From: Bryobacterales bacterium
GTDB lineage: Bacteria > Acidobacteriota > Terriglobia > Bryobacterales > UBA6623
DNA length: 64,000 nucleotides
Direction: 5' to 3'
NCBI GenBank assembly: GCA_965205085.1
Contig: OZ242039.1
Location: 4,118,156 to 4,182,155 of the forward strand
In this document: piece by piece, positions 59,211 through 64,000 of the stretch
Numbering within the stretch: the stretch's first letter is position 1
How the letters are laid out: every line of letters starts with the position of its first letter
Program-made: the position numbers and the translations under genes
The notes under the pieces: generated by a model
What the model saw: only the letters and a program-made list of their open reading frames with translations
What the model was told of the DNA's origin: nothing
Database searches by the model: none

Positions 59211-60710
59211 TCAGCCGGTCTCTCCGTAGCGTTCGCGGAGCCGGACCAGTTCCGCCCGCAGTTCCTCGACCAGATCCCGGTGGCCGGGTTCCCCATGGAG
59301 GTTTCGCAGTTCGTCGGGATCCTCCTGGAGATCAAAAAGTTCCCAGTAGGCCTCCTCGCCGTAGTACTCGATGAGCTTGTAGCGATCAGTCCGGACGCCC
59401 CGGTGCGGCCCGACTCGATGGGGAGTCCAAAACCGGAAACTCGGATCGGTCATCTGATTGCGTGCCATTTCGCGGAACGCCCACGAGTTCTCGTAATAGC
59501 TGTAGAGAATCGACTCTCGCCAGTCCTCGGGATGCTTCCCCTCAAGGAGCGGACGCAGGCTGCGACCCTGCATGGTGTCGGGAATCCGGAGCCCGGCGAA
59601 ATCGAGCAGGGTCGGTGCGATGTCCACGTTGAGAACGGGCTGGTCAGGCACGAGCCCCGCACCAACGAGCCGAGGGTATCGGACCAGCAGCGGAATCCTC
59701 AGGGCTGGCTCGTACATGAACCGCTTGTCGTACCAGCCGTGTTCCCCCAGGAAGTAGCCGTTATCGGTGGTGTACAGGACAAGGGTATCCTCGGCCAGGC
59801 CTGACGAATCCAGATAGTCCAGCACGAAGCCGAGATTCTCGTCCACGCCGTAGACCGCCCGGTGGTGGTCCTTCACGAAGCGCTGGAAGATCCATTCGCG
59901 CTGCGCGGCCGCACTGGCTCCTGTCGGGAGGTCCGGATAGTCGCCTGCGAGGCTGATTTCGAACCGCATGTCCTCGGCTTCGGCTGCCACACGACGCGAG
60001 GCGTAGTCATCGTCGTAGGTTGACGGTCTCGGCCAGTCGATGTCGTCGAACATCCGGGCGTGCCGAGGGGCAGGCGTGAAGGGGCGGTGCGGTGCCTTGT
60101 GCTGATAAAGCAGGCAGAACGGCTCGCCTCCCGAGCGGCGCAGGAAATCGAGGGCGAAGTCGGTCGTGATGTCCGTCGCGTAACCGGACTCGGTGGTGGG
60201 CGTGCCTCCGACGAGGAATTCGGGATCGGAGTACACGCCTTGTCCAGGCAGGATCTTCCATTCATCGAAACCGTGCGGCTGTTGGCGCAGGTGCCACTTG
60301 CCGACCAGGCCGGTTCGATACCCAGCCTGTTGCATCAGTGCGGGAAAGGTCGGCAAGCCGGGATCGAGCGACTCGATCCGGTCGGCCCGCTCGGAGTTGC
60401 CGCGGATTCCGTGGACGTGGGAGTAGCAACCTGTCAGGACGCTAGCCCGCGACGGAGCGCACAGCGAGTTGGTGCAGTAGGCGTTCGCGAAACGGGATCC
60501 TTCGGAGGCCAGGCGATCCATCGCCGGAGTGTGGAGCAAGGGATGGCCCGCGCAACTCATCTGTGCCTGCTGCTGATCGTCCGTCATGACGAGAATGACG
60601 TTCGGCCGCGGGGCGCGGGAGCCGCCGCAACGGGTCAGGAATGCGGCTCCGCCTACGGCGAGGGAACGGACCGCCTCCCTGCGAGAAGGACTGGCTCTCA
60701 TCGGCTGCAT
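59211..60710 (-). CDS. Sulfatase (N-acetylglucosamine-6-sulfatase-like), Tat/lipoprotein signal
   Basis: TDDQ, CAPSR, GKWH, KAPH, DNGYFLGEHGWYDKR. Confidence 0.92.
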   Translation of the reverse strand: MQPMRASPSRREAVRSLAVGGAAFLTRCGGSRAPRPNVILVMTDDQQQAQMSCAGHPLLHTPAMDRLASEGSRFANAYCTNSLCAPSRASVLTGCYSHVHGIRGNSERADRIESLDPGLPTFPALMQQAGYRTGLVGKWHLRQQPHGFDEWKILPGQGVYSDPEFLVGGTPTTESGYATDITTDFALDFLRRSGGEPFCLLYQHKAPHRPFTPAPRHARMFDDIDWPRPSTYDDDYASRRVAAEAEDMRFEISLAGDYPDLPTGASAAAQREWIFQRFVKDHHRAVYGVDENLGFVLDYLDSSGLAEDTLVLYTTDNGYFLGEHGWYDKRFMYEPALRIPLLVRYPRLVGAGLVPDQPVLNVDIAPTLLDFAGLRIPDTMQGRSLRPLLEGKHPEDWRESILYSYYENSWAFREMARNQMTDPSFRFWTPHRVGPHRGVRTDRYKLIEYYGEEAYWELFDLQEDPDELRNLHGEPGHRDLVEELRAELVRLRERYGETG

Positions 60711-61519
60711 GACGTATCTCCATTCGTTGGGACTGCCCATGGGGGGCGGCTCTTGCGTCGGAATGCCAGCAGCCCCTGCCTCGCTTCGTCGGAGCGGCGT
60801 CGCATCACCATCACTTCCGCAGTGCGGTTCTGCAGCGCGTCGTCGATGGGCCCAGCCGCAATTTCCCGAGTCAGTTCCTTGCATGCGGCTTGTGCGCCGG
60901 GAGCCCCTCGAAGCAGATTCCGAGCGAATGCGTCGCACGCTTCCGCGAGGTCGAGGTGCGGCACGACGCGGTGCACCAGGCCCCACTCGGCTGCCTGGCT
61001 CGCGTCGAATCTTTCCGACGTGAGCATCAGGCGTCGGGCCGTGCGCACACCCAGAGCTTCGACCAGATACGGGCCCACCATGGCCGGAACGAGACCCAGT
61101 TGCACCTCGCTAAGCCGGAAGTACGCCCGCTCTGATGCCACTGCAATGTCGCAGCAGGCGACCAAGCCCACGCCACCGCCGACGGCTGCGCCCTGGATAC
61201 GAGCGATCGTCGGCTTCTTCAGTGCGCTCAATACTCCCAGCAGTTCGACGAAACTCTGAGCGTCCTTCAGGGCGGCATCGTTCTTGATGTCCGGGCCCCC
61301 GCTCATCTCGCGAAGGTCCGCGCCAGCGCAGAAACAATGTCCGGCAGCAGAAAGCTCGATGATGCGGACGGCCGGGTCGCGCTCCGCGTCGCGCAGTTTG
61401 GCGGTCAGTTCCGCAGTGGTGGCGGAATCCAGCGCATTGCGCATCTCTGGTCGGTTCAAGACAAGGTGAACGATGCAACCGGCTCGTTCGATGCGCACCC
61501 GCTCGCTTGGCATGGCCAA
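60698..61519 (-). CDS. Enoyl-CoA hydratase/isomerase (methylglutaconyl-CoA hydratase-like)
   Basis: LNRPEMRNAL, FCAGADL, GGGVGLVACCD, SEVQLGLVP. Confidence 0.9.
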   Translation of the reverse strand: MAMPSERVRIERAGCIVHLVLNRPEMRNALDSATTAELTAKLRDAERDPAVRIIELSAAGHCFCAGADLREMSGGPDIKNDAALKDAQSFVELLGVLSALKKPTIARIQGAAVGGGVGLVACCDIAVASERAYFRLSEVQLGLVPAMVGPYLVEALGVRTARRLMLTSERFDASQAAEWGLVHRVVPHLDLAEACDAFARNLLRGAPGAQAACKELTREIAAGPIDDALQNRTAEVMVMRRRSDEARQGLLAFRRKSRPPWAVPTNGDTSCSR

Positions 61520-61825
61520 ACAACATCGTACCGGTCACCACCGAAGGGACCAGATGCTGGAGCCTGACAGGCACGGCCGGGTGTGGACGCACCGTCCGTG
61601 TAGAACCGCCAAGATGCTGTCGGCCGGTACGCAGGTCCCAAGACGGGCATTCTGCGGCCGCAGTTCACTGCTGGGGTCGTCGGACTGAGTCGACACCGCT
61701 TGTTGAGCCGATGCCGAAACGTTCCGTGGCAGATGCTCTGCTTCCGCATGCTTGGCACTGGCAAGAGGGGCTGGACGGGTCGCCGGCTGAACTGCGATTC
61801 GCCCGCAGGCCGACGTTCAAGTCAC

Positions 61826-61917
61826 GCTGATTGCGTATCAAAGTGCAACGGTGGGGAAGAAGGCCCTAGGGGGCGGCGGTTGAGTTGGTAGCAGGGTAGG
61901 GCAGGGGAAGGTGTGTC
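61826..61917 (-). repeat. IS30 right-end relic D
   Basis: AAGTGCAAC..GGGGAAGAAGGCCCT...GGCGGTTGAGTTG..AGCAGGGTA. Confidence 0.78.
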
Positions 61918-62126
61918 CAGGCGGCCGTTCCAGCCACAACGCCACCGGCCGCGCGGGCTTGTCCCTCGGGCGGCACGGGAAGGGCTGTTCGGGTCGCTGA
62001 ACAAGGCGATCTTCTTCGCGACCCTGCCGGCATCGGAACTCATGGAGTGCTTCCGATCATCTTCGCCCGTGGACCTGCCCAGCCGCAATGGGAACATGGC
62101 GGGCAACTCGAGGCCCAAATCGGCGT

Positions 62127-62636
62127 CTAACGCTGCATGAGCCTGTAGGCCAGAAGCCCGGTTAGGAACGTGTCTGCGTGTAGGCTGCCACGCACCACGC
62201 CCCAGTCTTGAAACCCCTGTTCCGTCAGGTCCAAGAGGTCGAGCGCCTCGCGTCGGGTGAATCGACGTGCGCGGTTGTAGTCGGCATCGTGGCGAGCTTC
62301 CTGAAGCTCGACGAAGGCGGACGCGACATTGATCAGCTGCTGTGGGACCGGCCGCCCATCGAAGCCGGACCAGAGTTTCGGAGACATCCGCTGTCTGGTG
62401 AATTCGACAGCGGTCTGCTTCATCGACGAGTGGTGAAAGGCTCGCGACAGGCTGTCGCGCAGTGAACCGCACCTATGACCCGACAGCATTAGCCTCGTCG
62501 CCTCGTCAACCAGAAGGTGAAACAGGGCGTAGTAGGATGCTGACACCGAGCGGCGCAGACTGGCCTGAATTGGTTTCCTGGGTTCCTTGCGGGGCAGGAA
62601 GCGGGCCTGTTTCAGTAGTTCCCAATGAAGGCTCAC
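62127..62636 (-). CDS. HEPN-domain protein (putative toxin)
   Basis: LRRSVSASYYALFH and LQEARHDADY motifs. Confidence 0.8.
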   Translation of the reverse strand: MSLHWELLKQARFLPRKEPRKPIQASLRRSVSASYYALFHLLVDEATRLMLSGHRCGSLRDSLSRAFHHSSMKQTAVEFTRQRMSPKLWSGFDGRPVPQQLINVASAFVELQEARHDADYNRARRFTRREALDLLDLTEQGFQDWGVVRGSLHADTFLTGLLAYRLMQR

Positions 62637-62644
62637 TGTTCCTG

Positions 62645-62914
62645 TTACACCTCGGAGGCACCACGAAAGCGGACGTAGACTAGCATGGTGGGGCCGGCCG
62701 TATCGTGTACGAGATCGGCAATCATGGACCGCAATCGGGATCGCTTGGCGAATTCGACATCATCGTCCGTCAGCATCGCCCAGACCCAGACAGCGGGGTC
62801 TTCGGTCGAGTCGGGTCCGGTCTCGACGTGCCAACTGCTAACTGGCGTGGGCAGTTCGGTAAGTTTGCGAAGCGCGGCTTCGATGGTGTTCGCCGAGATG
62901 TCCATCTCTTTCAT
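62645..62914 (-). CDS. Small putative antitoxin / minimal nucleotidyltransferase-like partner
   Basis: DSTEDPAVWVW...YVRFR; ends 8 bp upstream of the HEPN gene. Confidence 0.6.
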   Translation of the reverse strand: MKEMDISANTIEAALRKLTELPTPVSSWHVETGPDSTEDPAVWVWAMLTDDDVEFAKRSRLRSMIADLVHDTAGPTMLVYVRFRGASEV

Positions 62915-62951
62915 GTTCGTGTGGTTGCTGTGCGCCACGCGCCTTCCAAAT

Positions 62952-63946
62952 GCCCATTGCACATCGAAGTGCCAGAGCTGGAAAGATGGCGTTTGGAGTT
63001 GACGGTTGAATTGCTAGCAGGGTACGGCAGGCGGGCTGGGGCTGTCAAGGTGGCGGGTCGATGCCGGCCGCGAGACAGTCTTCGCGGAAGACCTCGTACG
63101 GGCTGCGGTAACCAAGCACCTTGCGGGGGCGGTGATTGAGGCGGTTGATGGCTTCCTGCAACCGTGGCGGGGCGGGCGTGCGCAGGTTCTCGGTCTTGGG
63201 CACGAACTGGCGCAGCGGGCCGTTGGCATGTTCATTGAGGCCCCGCTCGCAGGAGCGGCAGGGTCGGGCAAAGAAGATGTCGGTGTCGAGCGCCTCGGCG
63301 GTCTGGCGGTGGCCGGCGAACTCCTTCCCGCTGTTGCAGGTCAGGGTCAGGACCAGGGCCGAGACGGGCCGCTGCAGGTTGTGCATCGCGTTGCCCACGA
63401 GGGCGGCGGTCTTCCGGCTCACAGTCTGAGCAAGCAGGTCCTTCGACTTCCTCTCCACCGGCGTGACGGCGGCTCCCTGATGGGCCTTGCCGAGGATCGT
63501 GTCGGCCTCCCAGTCCCCGCAGCGCTGCTTCGAGTCGACGATCACGGGGCGTTCGCTGATGTTCCTGCGGCCCGGGATGCAGCCGCGGCCGGCGCTGCCC
63601 CGGCTGGCCTTGCAGCGGCGCGGCTTGCCGCGCTGCCGCAGGTCGGTGTACAGCGAGCCGCCTTGGGCGCGGTCCTGGCGAATCCGCCGGTAGAGCCACG
63701 AAAAGCTGACCGAGATCGTTCCGGCCCGCTTCAGGCGACCAGACACCGGCTCGGGGCTCCAGCGGCGCTGGAGCTGCGTGGCGATGTTGCTGGCCGAGGC
63801 TCCCCGTTGGTCCAAGCCGTGGATCTGGCAGCGGTCGTCGTATTGTAGGTGACGGAACTTCCGAGGCGTGGCGGTTTCTCCCATAGGATAGTCCAATCAG
63901 GACCTTAGACCCTTCCCCCGCTGTTGCATTCCCTGGTGCAACCGGC
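62952..63946 (-). mobile_element. IS30-family element (defective)
   Basis: Imperfect TIRs GCCCATTGCAC / GCCGGTTGCAC; 2-bp AT duplication at 62950-62951 and 63947-63948. Confidence 0.9.
63045..63884 (-). pseudogene. IS30 transposase with internal deletion and lost catalytic residue
   Basis: WSPE, ISERP, GDWEADT, ERGLNE, LNHRPRKVLG; DNGKEF reads NSGKEF; HTH region is shortened. Confidence 0.85.
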
Positions 63947-64000
63947 ATGCTACAATACACCCACAATGGGTATCTCAGCAGATAGGGATAGCACGCGCGA

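Noticed and set aside
16163-63047. Roughly 95-bp dispersed repeat as integron attC or CRISPR repeat
   Set aside because: It is contiguous with the IS30 transposase 3' end and TIR; no integrase, no regular spacing and no cas genes.
1-64000. rRNA, tRNA, riboswitch or prophage
   Set aside because: No recognisable signatures seen; a covariance-model scan would be needed to exclude small RNAs.

Overview
GC-rich bacterial chromosome segment. Gene content suggests an Acidobacterium (Bryobacterales-like), possibly host-associated; this is inference. The backbone carries ribF, lacD, a GH29-like lipoprotein, two sulfatases, a PQQ-repeat protein, a cyclase, a DUF885 protein, TatT/DctP, the rne/rng-rodA-mrdA-mreDCB cluster, nth, a czcCBA-like efflux system, glpD, pyrD and add. 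A 14-kb graveyard of nested insertion sequences (about 3.2-17.4 kb) sits between two halves of a sialidase gene. In it, four transposases from three lineages (IS50/Tn5-like, two ISAs1, another IS4-type) each carry an N-terminal DUF4338/DruA (Mom-like) domain, and three of them lie inside the fourth. The IS DNA there shows a CA->CC (TG->GG) substitution pattern, which suggests a transposon-borne adenine modification or mutagenesis system. Elsewhere are complete IS66 and ISNCY elements with TSDs, and five same-orientation IS30 relics, two pairs of which bracket defence-like cargo (a Schlafen/AlbA ATPase; a HEPN toxin pair). Many genes look leaderless. No rRNA, tRNA or CRISPR array was seen. All family calls come from reading motifs by eye; no database search was run.
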